Shown one piece after another: positions 38,242 to 50,286 of a DNA stretch of 64,000 nucleotides. The DNA comes from Squalus acanthias (taxonomy: Eukaryota). A model generated the notes under the pieces. It did no database searches. It was not told where the DNA came from and saw only the letters and a program-made list of their open reading frames with translations. The DNA is taken from NCBI GenBank assembly GCA_030390025.1, contig CM059431.1, positions 94,366,001 through 94,430,000 on the forward strand, written 5' to 3'. The position numbers were made by a program, and so were the translations under genes. The stretch's first letter is position 1, and the number at the start of each line of letters is the position of its first letter.

Positions 38242-38744
38242 GGCCTTGAAATTGGAGGTGTCAGCACTGGCTGTTAAGGCCCGTTTTGGCAAAAATAGGG
38301 CAGCTGCCTCACTTCCGCCCGCTGCTGGCGGGTCCCGCGGCGGCCGCCATTTTCAGCTGGGTGGAAGCGCTGCCGATGTCTGAGCTCATTAGGGATATGT
38401 AGATTATGCAGATCGTGACGTCAGTGAGTGTGCAACACTCACCTGACGCCTGATTTACCATTTTGGAGTTCGCCGCTAAACTTACCGGCCTGTGTTAATT
38501 ACGACCAGCTGAGCAAGCATTCACAAGCAGAAAGTAGCCTCCAGCAGAGTTATTTAAAAGGATCATCAGCGATAATTTGCAGCTGACATGTTTGTTCAGT
38601 TTGACTGGCTCTGTGAAACTTTCTGAAACTCTAGCAGTGTTCGAAACTTGTTTCAAGTTCCTAAGGTGACCGGAAATGTTGTTGCAAGTGGAGAACACCT
38701 TCATTCTTATTAAAGGCTTCTGCTCACATCACTTGCGCACAGTC

Positions 38745-39780
38745 ATGAGTATCTTCAGAGAGGGAGGGGAGGCAGCGAAGAAGAGGAGAAAATGTTCACA
38801 GAAGGAGGAGGAGGAGGAGGAGGAGGGCCCGCAACAGGAGGCCTTACCCACCTAGGGTCTTCAGAGAGCTCTTCTCTTATATCCACTTAAGCGAGGAGCA
38901 GTGTATTAGGAGGCTTCGCTCCAGCAAGGAGATGGTCACAGAACTCTGCCACCTCCTGCAACCAGACCTGCAGCCTCAAAGCAGGGCAAACACGGCTCTC
39001 CCAGTGGGCCTCAAGGTCACCGTGGCCCTCAATTTCTTCGCCAGCGAATCCTTCCAGTCTGCAGCAAGAGACATAACTAACAACTCCCAGTTCACCGTCC
39101 ATCGCTGCATCCGGGAGGTCACTGAGGCTCACTACACCAGGAGAAGGGACTACGTTGTCTTCTCTCTGAGCAGAGAGAAGCAGGAGGAGCACGCATGTGA
39201 CTTTGCCAGGAGCTTTCCCATTGTGCAGGGTGCCATTGACTGCACCAACGTGGCTTTGCAGCCACCGGATAAAAATCCTGAGATCTTCCATAACCGCAAA
39301 GGCTACCACTCACTTAATGTGCGACCACGCCAAGTGCATCCTGATGGTCAATGCCCGCTATCCTGGCAGCAGTCATGACGCCTTCATTCTGCGTCAGTCC
39401 AGTTTGCCAACAATCTTCCAGCCACCACGTCACATCCGAGGGTGGCTGCTCGGAGACAAGGACTATCCGCTCTCCACCTGGCTGATAACTCCCCTCCACA
39501 ACCCCAACACTCATTGCCAGCACTCATAAAGTGAGAGCCATGCTGCCACCAAGAACATCATCGAGTAGACCATCGAGCTGCTGAAGCAACGGTTCCTTTG
39601 CCTTGACTGCTCGGGAGCAGCCCTCCAGTACTTGCTGGAGTGGATGTCCCATTTCATGGTGGTCTGCTGCATGCTTCACAACTTAACCAGCATGAGGGCG
39701 CAGCCCTTGCCAGCAGGGAAGAGGAAGAGGAAAAGGAAGAGGATGAGGATGAGGAGGAAGAAAGGAGGCAGGCAGCAAAT
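38745..39780 (+). pseudogene. Harbinger transposase (disrupted)
   Basis: VTELCHLLQPDL...ALNFFASESFQ...IDCTNV...[33 protein letters not shown]. Confidence 0.92.
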
Positions 39781-39901
39781 CCTCCTTCAAGTGAATGAAA
39801 CACCAGATCCCCGTTGCTCACCACATCCCCTTCGACCACAGTCCCATCATACCTTCCCTCTAGCGTCTACCTGGGCACAAAACTGAAATGAGAGCCACCA
39901 G

Positions 39902-40430
39902 AGAATCATAGAATGGTTACAGCAGACAAGGAGGCCATTTGGCCTGTCGAGCCCATGCCGGCTCACTGCAAGAATACTTCAGCTAGTCCCACTCCCCCGC
40001 CCTTTCCCCGTAGCCCTGCAAAAAATTTTAGTTCAGGTACTTATCCAATTCCCTTTAGAAAGCCATAATTGAGTCTGCCTCCACCATCCTCTCAGGCAGT
40101 ACATTCCAGATCCTAAGCACTCGCTGCATAAAAAATGGGAACAGTTTCTCTCTATCTACTTTGTCTAGACCCCTCATGATTTTGAACACCTCTAGCAAAT
40201 CTCCTCTCAACCTTCTCAGCTCTAAGGAGAACAACCCTAGCTTTTCTCCAGTCTATCCACGTAACTGAAGTCCCTCATCCCTGGAATTATTCTTGTAAAT
40301 CTTTTCTGCACCCTCTAAGGCCTTCACATCCTTCCTAAAGTGCGGTGCCCAGAATTGGACACAATACTCTGGTTGAGGTCGGACCAGTGTTTTATAAAGG
40401 TTCATCATAATTTCTTTGCTTTTGTACTCT
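39902..40430 (-). mobile_element. CR1 3' fragment
   Basis: [19 protein letters not shown] plus 3' UTR. Confidence 0.88.
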
Positions 40431-40432
40431 AT

Positions 40433-41223
40433 GGGCTCGAATTTCCAAGCCCCGTGGAGGCGGGTTTGGAGGCGGGAAACTTGCAGATTCGGGGGGCACG
40501 TACCCATCCCACCCCCAACCCGCCTCCATGCCAATGTCCCAGGAGGCGGGTACCCGACCTATGCTGGGAGCCGCCTCCCTGAGGCGGGAAGGGGATTAGT
40601 GCCAATTAACTGCCTGTTAACAGGTAATTAACAGGCAGTTTTTTGGCTAATCCCTATTTTTAGCCCTGAAGTGTGGGCTGCCCAACGGCTCCAAACCACG
40701 CCAAGTTAGTGAGGCGGACCGTTGGTCTGCAGGGCTTGGAGGGGTTGAGATGTCCGGTGTACAAGTGAGTGATAGGTGCATGAGTGCAGAGGTAAGTGTT
40801 TGGTGTGTGTAAAGTGTTTTAATAAGTTTTACTTACCTTTACTTTCCCCTCCAGGCTTCCTCCCTTCAGTTCTCGGGAGTCCCTCAGCTCACCGGCACAG
40901 AAAGCAGAATGGCCGCTGAGCTGTCAAAAGCTGCAGCCTCTGCTTTCTGGTCTGGAGAGCTCTAACTGAGTCTGAGTAGAAGGACTCAAGTTAGAAAACA
41001 GATTGTCAGTGTTTGACAGCTTCACAGAGCTGTCAAACGCTGATATTTCATCTGTCAAAAGCTCTTGACAGATGAAATGTCAATCGCTGACGTCACCAGT
41101 ATCCAAGTGTCCCTTAATTGGCCTGCTGAGCCCGCTGGGCGGGCTTAACAAGGTCAATCAAGGGAAAGTAGCGTGGGTTGGCCACAAATCGATGGAGGCA
41201 GGACTACAACCCAAAAAGTGGGA
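40433..41223 (+). mobile_element. Harbinger-type non-autonomous element (right end lost)
   Basis: TAT|GGGCTCGAATTTCC; homologous to 42224-42635. Confidence 0.75.
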
Positions 41224-41345
41224 GTCAGGTGAAGTGAAGAAATACCTTCACTTCACCTGACGAAGGAGCAGCCGCTCCGAAAGCTTGTGATTTCAAATAA
41301 AACTGTTGGACTATAACCTGGTGTTGTGCGACTTCTCACTTGTGT
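41224..41345 (+). mobile_element. Penelope-like terminal fragment with an inverted 5' duplication
   Basis: Reverse complement of the ends of the 4279 and 52399 inserts; 16-bp perfect inverted repeat 41224-41239 / 41246-41261. Confidence 0.82.
41253..41290 (+). ncRNA. Minimal type I hammerhead ribozyme motif
   Basis: UCAC-CUGACGA-A-GGAGC-AGCC-GCUCC-GAAA-GC-UU-GUGA. Confidence 0.8.
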
Positions 41346-42223
41346 TTCAGTTGGGGAGACATCAGATGGCCTTGCAGGACGACCTCGATCAGCTGTGAAC
41401 CTGGAAGCCCCAGCTGTCGACTGCACCACCTCGGCATGGGCAGAAACAGCCTGGGCTAGCTGACAGGCAGTGGCAAGGGCAATGGCAGAGTGGCAGTGGT
41501 GGGAGCAGGAATGCTGTCATCTTGAAAGAGGATCCTGCTCCACAGACCCACTACCACTCCTCTGGGGTGGTGGCTCAGTATTCCTAGAAATCTGTTGGAG
41601 GATAGATTGCTGGGCTGCTGCAGCATCCTGCAAGCCCCTTTCAACACTGGTAAACCCAGCCATGATGGCAGCAGTCAAACTTGGCAGCAAGCTGAGACTG
41701 CAGCATTGAGACATTGGGTCACTACTGCCTGTGCTGCAATGGAAGCCGCAACATCACTCATCACATGGCTGGGTCGACAAGATCTCTTCTGGAGTTGTCC
41801 ATCATTTCCAGGTTGGAAATCATGGGCTCCAAGTTCTGCGCAAAGCCCTGTCCAATGTTGGAGCTGGACTCCTCCATGTTTCTTGCCATTGTCAAGAGGC
41901 TTTCTGGAAGGCTTGCCATTGCAACTAGCATTTCAATGTGCATGCCCATCACCCTTCTTCTGAAGGCCACCCCGTCGAGGTCATCATCTGAGTCACGTGC
42001 AGCAGAACGCGCACGCGAACCCGCCCTCCAGGGAGCAGGCCCCTGAGCTACCCTATTCCCCTGGCCTTGCTGCAGCCCACTCATGCCCGCTGCCTCACCA
42101 TGTGCAGATCCTGCATCTTTACTACCCTCTACATTCCACGCAGTGCCAGTTTCTGAGCTGGTGTCTGCGAGTGTCAGATGCAGTGATGGTGTGTCTTCTT
42201 CTTCATCTCAACTCTGAGGCATA

Positions 42224-42635
42224 GGGGGGAAATTTGCCAGCCCTGGTGAGGCGGGTATGGAGGCGGGACTGCCGGGAAAATGGCAGAAACTGGGAGTGGG
42301 TACCGACCCCACCTACGTGCCATCTTCCCGGGAGGCGGGTCCCCGACTCGCGCAGGGACCCGTCTCCTCGAAACAGGAAGGGGATTACAGCCAATTAACT
42401 GCCTGTTAACAGCTTCTCAAAGCTGTCAAACGTTGACAATTCATCTGTCAAAATTTCTGACAGATGAAACGTCATACGCTGACGTCCTCTGTCACCGGAT
42501 TTCCCTTAATTGGGGCTTAACAAGGTCAATCAAGGGAAAATAGCATGGGTTGTCCAGACGTCGTTAGGGGCGGGACTGAAACCCGACAACAAGCAGTACC
42601 GCCCCCAACGCGTCCCCATTGATAAAATCCAGCCC
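42224..42635 (+). mobile_element. Harbinger-type MITE (412 bp)
   Basis: Termini GGGGGGAAATTTG / GATAAAATCCAGCCC; TSD ATA (42221-42223 and 42636-42638). Confidence 0.82.
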
Positions 42636-43009
42636 ATAGAGTCATAACGGCACAGAAGGAGGCCATTCAGCCCATCGAGTCCGTGCCGGCTCTCTGTAGA
42701 GCAATCCAGTCAGTCCCATTCCCCTGCTCTATCCCCGTAGGATTACAAGTTTATTTCCCTCAAGTGCCTATCCAGTCTGCCCTTGAAAACATTGACTGTC
42801 TCTGCTTCCACCACTTCCATTGACGTCAGCAGAGGCGAGTTCCAGACCCAAAACACTAATTGGCCAGGGGAGCGCACACGCAGGGAATCAATTGCCCAAT
42901 TAGGGCAAAATCGCAATTTTTTACCGGTTGAAAGTGGACGCGGGACCGGGACCCGCTGACCACCTGACCCGCACCCACCCCATCACCAATGATAAAATCG
43001 CGGCCTTTA

Positions 43010-45000
43010 AAACTGTGCTATTGCCTCTCCCTGTTCCTTCTGCCAAAATACATCACCTCACTTCTCTGCAGCCATTTACCAGAACTCGCTGTTTTCTGTC
43101 CTTAAGCCAATTCCGTATCCAAGCTGCCACTGACCCACCTATTCCATGAGCCTCAATTTTGTTAACTAACCTTCTATGTGGTACTTTGTCAAACGCCTTC
43201 CGAAAATCCATGTAAGCAACATCCATTGCATTCCCTTAATCAACCCTCTCCGTTACTTCATCAAAAAATTCAATTAGATTAGTCAAACACGATCTGCCTT
43301 TTACAAATCCGTGTTGGCTCTCCTTAATTAGCTTAAACCTCTCCAAGTGCCCGTTAATATTTTCCTTGATTATTGTTTCTAAAACTTTACCCACCACTGA
43401 TGTTAAACGGACTGGCCTGTAGTTACTGGATTGTCCTTACACCCTTTTTTGAACAATGGTGTCACATTTGCCACTTTCCAATCCTCAGGCACCTCCCCCG
43501 CATCTAGGGAAGATTGGAAAATTATGGCAAGTCCTTCTGCTATCTCCTCCCCCAATTCCCTTAGCAACCTGGGATGCAAGCCATCTAGACCAGGCGACTT
43601 GTCCACTCTAAGCATACCCAGCCTTTCGAGTACATCCTGTCTATCAATTTTCACCCCTTCCATTGCTCTACCTTTTCCACTCCTACCGATCTTTTGTCAG
43701 CACCACCTTCTTAGTAAACACCGATACAAAGTACTCATTGAGTATTCCAGCCTTGCCCTGTGCCTCTAAGCATATATCACCTTCTTTGTCACTAATAGGC
43801 CCCACCCCGCCTCTTACTACCCACTTACTGTTTACATGCCAGTAGAAGATTTTTGGGTTCCCTTTTATGTTAACCGCCATTCTACTCTCATATTCTCTCG
43901 TTGCCAATCTTATTTTCATCTTCACATCCTCTCTCAACTTATTGTATTTGGTCTGGTTCGCCCTTGACGAATTCACCTGACATTCATCATACTCCCTCTT
44001 TTTTTGTTTCGTCACCTTCTCTATCTCCCTTGTCATCCAAGGAGCCCTTGCTTTGGTTCTCTTACCATTCCCTCTTGTTGGAATGTACCTAGCCTGTACT
44101 TGGAAAATCTCCTCCTTAAAGATCACCCATTGTTCCATTACAGTTTTTCCTGTCAGTCTTTGGTTCCATTTTACCCTGGCTAGATCCTTTTGCATTCCAT
44201 TGAAGTTAGCCCTATTCCAGTTTAGAAGTTCCACTCTAGATTGTTCCTTGCTCCTCTCTATTGCTAATCTAAATCTTATGATACGATGATCACTCGTACC
44301 CAAGTGTTCTCCCACAGACACTTGGTCATCCTGGCCCACCTCAATCCCCAGCAACAGATCCAGCAATGCCTCCTTCCTAGTTGGCCAAGAACATACTGGT
44401 TAAGGAAATTCTCCTGAACACATTACAGAAATTCCTCCCCCAACTTTCCCTTTACCCTAGCATTATCCCAATTGATATTTGGGTAATTAAAGTCCCCCAA
44501 AATCAGCACTCTATAGCTCTTGCATATCTCTGCAATTTCCCTGCAGATTTGCTCCTCTACCTCCCTCTCACTATTTGGAGGCCTATAGCCCCCAATAGCG
44601 TGATCATATCCTTTTTGCTCCTCAACTCTAACCAAATGGATTCTGTCCTTGTCGCCTCAAGAACATCCTTCCTTTCCAACACTACAAGATCTTCCTTAAT
44701 CAGCACTGCCACCCCACCTCCCTTTTTTCCTTCCCTATCTTTTCTGAACACCTTGTACCCTTGGATATTAAGTGCCCAGTCCTCACCGTTTTTAAGCCAC
44801 GTTTCTGTTATTGCCACAACATCATATTGCCACACGGCTAATTGTGCTTGTAGCTCACCAACCTTATTCACCACAGTTTGTGCGTTTACGTACTTGCATT
44901 CTAAACCATTTTTGAATTTTTCGTAGTCTTTCTTAGTCTGCTCCTATCTAAGATTGTACTACTACTGCCTCTAGTACTATCTTCTCTAGTACTATCCAAC
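43010..45000 (-). mobile_element. CR1 ORF2 fragment (endonuclease and RT N-terminus)
   Basis: VAITETWL, GGGVAVLIK, LGDFNYP, SDH, KSPGLDGLHPR, WKVANVTPLFKKG. Confidence 0.92.
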
Positions 45001-46349
45001 ACATTACTTCGGGGACTGGCTGTGCGGGTGACAGATCTTGGTCATCTGAAAGCAGAAACGTGCAAGGGTCGGGCTATGGTGAGGGAAGGTGGGGAAAGCA
45101 AAATATGCATGCATACAGCATCAGCAGCTTGTAAGTGAGAAGAGATTGTGGGATGAGGCGGAAGTGGTATGTGAGAAGAAGGATTAGGAATGACAATACC
45201 GTTATTGTCCCCAAGGGCCTCAACTTCGTCCGTTGCCACAGCCTCGGTCAATTCCCCTCCAATTATGTCAAACACTGTCTCCTCCAGTTGATTCAAGGCC
45301 TGTAAAGCGGCTTGGCCGCCTCCCATCTGCTGCTGCTCGTGCTGATTGTGAGCCACCTTGGCCTGCAAGAGAAAGGGAAGTGAGTCAGTGAGTGTGGTGT
45401 AATGTGTTTGGGTGATATGCCTTCCATAGTTGAATAGCTGTCAGTATGTGCAAGGTGTGAGATGTGAGTGTGAGTGTTGCAGCAGTGGTAAGGTTGTGAA
45501 GGTGAAATGAAGCCATGATTGTGAGGTATGAGTGGTGAAAGGTAGCAATTGTTGGTAGGTGAGTGATGGGGGTGTGGTGCATGGAGCAGTGGGTGTGAGG
45601 CTTGTGGTGCAGATGGTGGGATAGGCATTTGCTGAAGCCTTCACTCACCTTGACCTGCCGTGTGAGGCCATCAAACTTTTTGTGGCACTGGATCCATGCC
45701 CTCGGTACGACACTGTTGGTCGTGACATACCCAGCTATCTCTTGCCACAGCCTTCTCGAAGTATGTACTGGTAGCTTCCTGCCACCCTGCGGGAACAGGA
45801 CAGCCCACTTCCTTTCCACTGCCAGTAACAATGCCTCCAGAGCCGCATCAGAGAACCTTCTGGCTCATTCTCTTTGCTGTTGCTCAGCCATGTCTCCCAA
45901 CTGCAATGACAATGAGGTGCTACTGCATCAAAGCACCTCCCCTTTAAGTAATAGAGAAAGACTAGGCCAAATATTACTGGCCATTAGACTGCACCCGGTA
46001 TTGGCCCACCTGTTGAGTGGTAAGCCAATCAGCAGCGCGTTTAGTGCTGAGATCAGCACTACAATCATGTAAATAAGCAGGCAGCACAAATTTTGCATGC
46101 TGCCTGGACCACTTTGAGCAGGAGCAGCCAAATAGTGCTGGGCCATTTTCGGGCCATATCCAATTTCTAGGACACCATCTTTCCATTTCCAGATTTTTTT
46201 AAACTGAATTTCAATTTTCAAACTGCCATGGTGGGATTTAAACTCACATTCATTTGAATGATTAGACCAGGCCTCTGTATTACTAGTCCAGTAACATAAC
46301 CACCACACTACTGTATCCAAGCTTTACTTTTAATATTCTTTCCCTTCAG

Positions 46350-46415
46350 GCTGGGATACACCAGACCAATGTATAGCAGGCGGTGTCCAGTGACTTTCAC
46401 AATACTACGGCAGGT
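46350..46415 (+). other. Candidate 66-bp exon of the Ig receptor with an in-frame TAG
   Basis: Strong pyrimidine tract ending in cag, gtaagt donor; phase-0 reading AGIHQTNV*QAVSSDFHNTTAG. Confidence 0.45.
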
Positions 46416-46845
46416 GTAAGTCACCTTTGTTGTGTGATTGGCATCTCTATTTTGATCAGGGAGGCTGCTTCTGTGTGACCAAGGAGGAAAATACCCTCCC
46501 ACCAGCTTGGAAAGGACATGATTAGTGTTTTTTTTCAAAGTGGGAAACATTCAAAGGGTGAAGTGTTTGCCATTAAAATAGTTAATAACTTTTTTTGGTG
46601 ATGTCTTTGTTTAGGAATGGCCTCAAAATAGGATTAATGATCAAAGAGTGTTGAGAAGGGTGCAACAGCTCCTGGAGAGGTTATGAGAGGATCAGTAGCT
46701 CACTCAGCGACCTTGGGAGGATAGAAATGTAAATACCTGATTGGGGACAGCAACAGGGTAGGACAGGAAGTGACTGTCACAGCAAGTTCAAAGACAGAAG
46801 CTGGGTAGCTGTTAGTGCCCAGTGCTGCCCTGAGGGTCAAGTTTA

Positions 46846-49095
46846 TCATAGAATCATAGAATGACACAGCACAGAAGGAGGCCGTTCGGCCCATCATGAC
46901 TGTGCCAGCTCATTGGTAGAGCTATCCAATTAATTTCACTCCCCTGCTCTTTCCCCATAGCCCTGTAAATTTGTTCACTGCACGTTTTTATCCAATTCTC
47001 TTTTGAAAGTCACTATTGACTTTCAGGCAGTGCATTCCAGATCACAACAACTCGCTGTGTAAAAAAACATTTCCTCATGTTGCCTCTGATTCTTTTGCCA
47101 ATCACTTCAAATTTGTGTCCTCTGGTTACTGATCCTTCTGCTATTGGAAACAGTATCTCCTTATTTATCAAAACCATTCATGATTTTGAACACCTCTATC
47201 AATTCTCCTCTTAACCATCTGTGCTCTAAGGAGAACAACTCCAGCTTCTCCAGTCTCTCCACATAACTGAAGTCCTGCATCTCTGGTACCATTCGAGTAA
47301 ATCTCCTCTGCACTCTCTCCAAGGCCTTGACATCCTATCTAAAGTGTGGTGCCCAGAATTGAACACAATACTCTAGATGAGGCCTAACCAGTGATTTATA
47401 AAGGTTTAGTATAACTTCCTTGCTTTTGTACTCTATTCCTCTATTAAATAGCCAAGGATCCCATATGCTTTTTAACAGCCTTCTCAACTTGTCCTGTCAC
47501 CATCAAAATTTGTGTACGTACATCCCCACATCTCTCCACACCCCCTTTAAATTTGTACCATTTAGTTCATATTGCCTCTCCTCATTCTTCCTACCAAAAT
47601 GTACCACTTCACACTTCTTTGCATTAAATTTCATCTGCCATGTGTCTGCCCATTTTACCAGTCTGTCTATGTCCTCCTGAAGTCTGTTACTATTGTAGAA
47701 TCATAGAAATGTACAGCACAAAAGGAGGCCATTTGGCCCATTGTGTCTATCCTCCTCATTGTTTACTACATTTCCCAGTTTTGTATCATCTGCAAATTTT
47801 GAAATTCTGCCCTCTATACCCAAGTCTAGGTCATTAATATATATCAAAAACAACAATGGTCCTAATACTGACCCCTGGGGAACAGCACTGTGTACTTCCC
47901 TCCAGTCTGAAAAACAACGTTCACTAGTACTCTCTGCTTTCTGTCCCTTAGCCAACTTTGTATCCATGCTGCCACTGTCCCTTTAATCCCACAGGCTTTA
48001 ATTTTTCTAACAAATCTTTTATGTGGTACTTTGTCAAATGCCTTTTGAAAGTCTATATACATAACATTGACCCTCTCCATTACTTCATCAAAGAACTCAA
48101 TCAAGTTAGTCAAAAACAATTTGACTTTAAAAAGTCCATGCTGACTTTAATTTATTACCCCATACTTTTCCAAATGCCAATTAATTTTGTCCCGGATTAT
48201 TTTCTCTAAAAGTTTCTCCACCACCAACGTCATGCTGACAGGCCTGTAGTTGCCAACTTTATCCCTCTCCCCTTTTTTAAACAGGGGTGTAACATTTGCA
48301 ATCCTCCAGCCGTCTGGCACCAGCCCCATACCCAAGGAGGATTGGAAGATTGTGGCCAGAGCCTCTGCAGTTTACACCCTTACTTCCCTCAATAACCTAG
48401 GATGTGTCCTATCCGGACGGGGTGACTTTTCTACATTGATGATTGCCAACATTTTAAATACGCCCTCTTTATCTATTTTTATCCTATCCAATATTGCTAC
48501 TGCCTCAAAAATAAAAACTGGAAATACTCAGCAGGTCAGGCAGCATCTGTGGAGAGAGAAACAAAGTTTCAGGTCGATAACTTTTCATCAGACCTTTCAT
48601 CGCTACTGTCTCCTCCTTTACTGCTACTTTGGCAGCATCCTCTTCTCTAGTGAAATCAGATGCAAAGTATTCATTTAGTATCTCAGACATGCCCTCTGCC
48701 TCCACAAGAAGATCTGCTTTTTAGTCCCTAATTGGCCCCACCTTTCCTTTGTCTACCCTTTTACTAATTTTGTGTTTTTAAAAGACTTTTAGGTTCTCTT
48801 TTATGTTAGTCACTAATCTATTCTCATACCCTCTCTTTGCCGCTCTCATTCTCTTTTTTAGTTCTCCTCTGTACTTTCTATATTCAGCTTGGTTCTCCAC
48901 TGTATTATGAACCTTACAATTGTCATAAGCCTCCTTTATCTGTCTCATTTTAACCTCTATATCTTTAGCCATCCATGGAGCTCTAGCTTTGGATTCCCTT
49001 CCTATTCCCCTAATCGGAATGTGTCTACTCTGTACCCGAACCATCTCCTCTTTGAAGGCCTCCTGTTGTTCAATTACTGTTTTGCCGACAAAAAT
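46846..49095 (-). mobile_element. CR1 LINE (RT to 3' end)
   Basis: [20 protein letters not shown]...KFADDTK; DFQKAFDKVPH. Confidence 0.92.
48507..48598 (-). mobile_element. Short Penelope-like insert with a degenerate hammerhead core
   Basis: Flanked by ATTGCTACTGCCTC / ATCGCTACTGTCTC; minus strand CTGATGA-AAAGTTATCGACCT-GAAAC; same family as 59008. Confidence 0.72.
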
Positions 49096-49116
49096 TTGAT
49101 ATGTGGTTGATTCTGA

Positions 49117-49282
49117 GGGCTAGAATTTCATCTCGGGCAGTGGTGCAAAACGGGCGGTATCAGTTCGGTCGCCTGTTATACACAATGACTGCAATGGAAC
49201 TGAATATCAGGCGCTGCGTATAATGGGCGGCCGATTCAATATCACCTGTTCTACGCCACTGCCTGAAATGAATTTCTAACCC
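49117..49282. mobile_element. Fold-back Harbinger-type MITE (166 bp)
   Basis: About 70-bp imperfect inverted arms, GGGCTAGAATTTCAT... / ...ATGAATTTCTAACCC; flanks TGA / TTA. Confidence 0.8.
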
Positions 49283-50146
49283 TTAATGTCCTCAGGACTC
49301 CTAGGGATGGACAATGAATACACCTTTTCCAACATTGCCTGCACCCTAAGAACAAGATAGAAGGAGAATCCATTTTATCAATCCCATTATCGCCCCTGTT
49401 TACTTTTAATTGTTACTCAATTTTATTCGTTGCAATTATCATGTGTTCTCATTGTATTGGAGACAGAGTTCCTTCTTCACTAAATTTATAATGAAATTAA
49501 CTCTGTTTACAGCTCCTTGGCATTACTGCGGTCACTGCTAAAATGTTTGCCTTACTGTTTGGAGGGGTTGGCACACTACATCCCACAGGCACAGGCAGAC
49601 ATAGAAGGGGTCATTTTTTAAGTTCCTGGTCCCGGTATGGAGCTCTGCTTGCCAGGAGCACACATTAGGAATTCAGGAGCATTGCTCCACCTAAGTTACT
49701 GCCCAATTGGGGACCACACGCTCAAATTCCCGATATGTGCTCCCAGCGGATGAAACTATGCATCAGTAATGAAATCTGGTAAAATTAATCCTTGGTTTAT
49801 TAGTGGCAACAGCACAGGAAAAAAATAGAGCATTAGGATTATGGTGAAGAGATGTTGTTAAGAATTAAAGACTTAACATGTAAAATTGTCAAATTAAACT
49901 TTCATTAAGAGAATTTTTGCCACCTAATTAGAAGAAATGCTCTCCTGATAATTCACACGATGAACAGTGCAGCGCATTGATTGATCAAGGCTGGGATAGC
50001 ATGGGGAGCAATACAATTTCCTTCGGTGTCCCCTAGGTTTAGGGAGGATTAACAAATCAGTCAGGATTCCTACTCCTGATCATTCTCAAAATATAAAATC
50101 AGTAGGTGTGTATGCCTCCATAGTTGAATAGCCAACTGACACTTCC

Positions 50147-50286
50147 AGGAACTTCCTCAGGGCTTCTCCCACTCTGCTGCCATAACTCCGGTGGAAACTC
50201 CTTTTTGAATATATTATGTTCGGGTTTCTGCTGGACTTCCACCAAAGTTACGACAGCAAAGTGGGAGAATCCCCAAGGGAATTCCT
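50147..50286. mobile_element. Palindromic MITE-like element
   Basis: About 50-bp imperfect inverted arms AGGAACTTCC...GGTGGAA / TTCCACC...GGGAATTCCT. Confidence 0.7.

Larger units (their letters stand above)
41345..45891 (-). pseudogene. H5 Myb/SANT gene (exons 45891-45649, 45362-45200, 45045 onward; exon 3 split by insertions and resuming at ~42220)
   Basis: PRAWIQCHKKFDGLTRQVK; AKVAHNQHEQQQMGGG; GT/AG junctions; C-terminal part is similar to H2 16290-17500. Confidence 0.82.
38242..46173. mobile_element. PIF/Harbinger transposon H5 (H2 lineage) with many nested insertions
   Basis: TIRs GGCCTTGAAATTGG / CCAATTTCTAGGAC; TSD ACC (38239-38241 and 46174-46176). Confidence 0.88.

Noticed and set aside
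29722..39780. H4 Myb and H5 transposase as one element
   Set aside because: Same-strand orientation, different lineages, a host exon between them, and H5 has its own TIRs and TSD.
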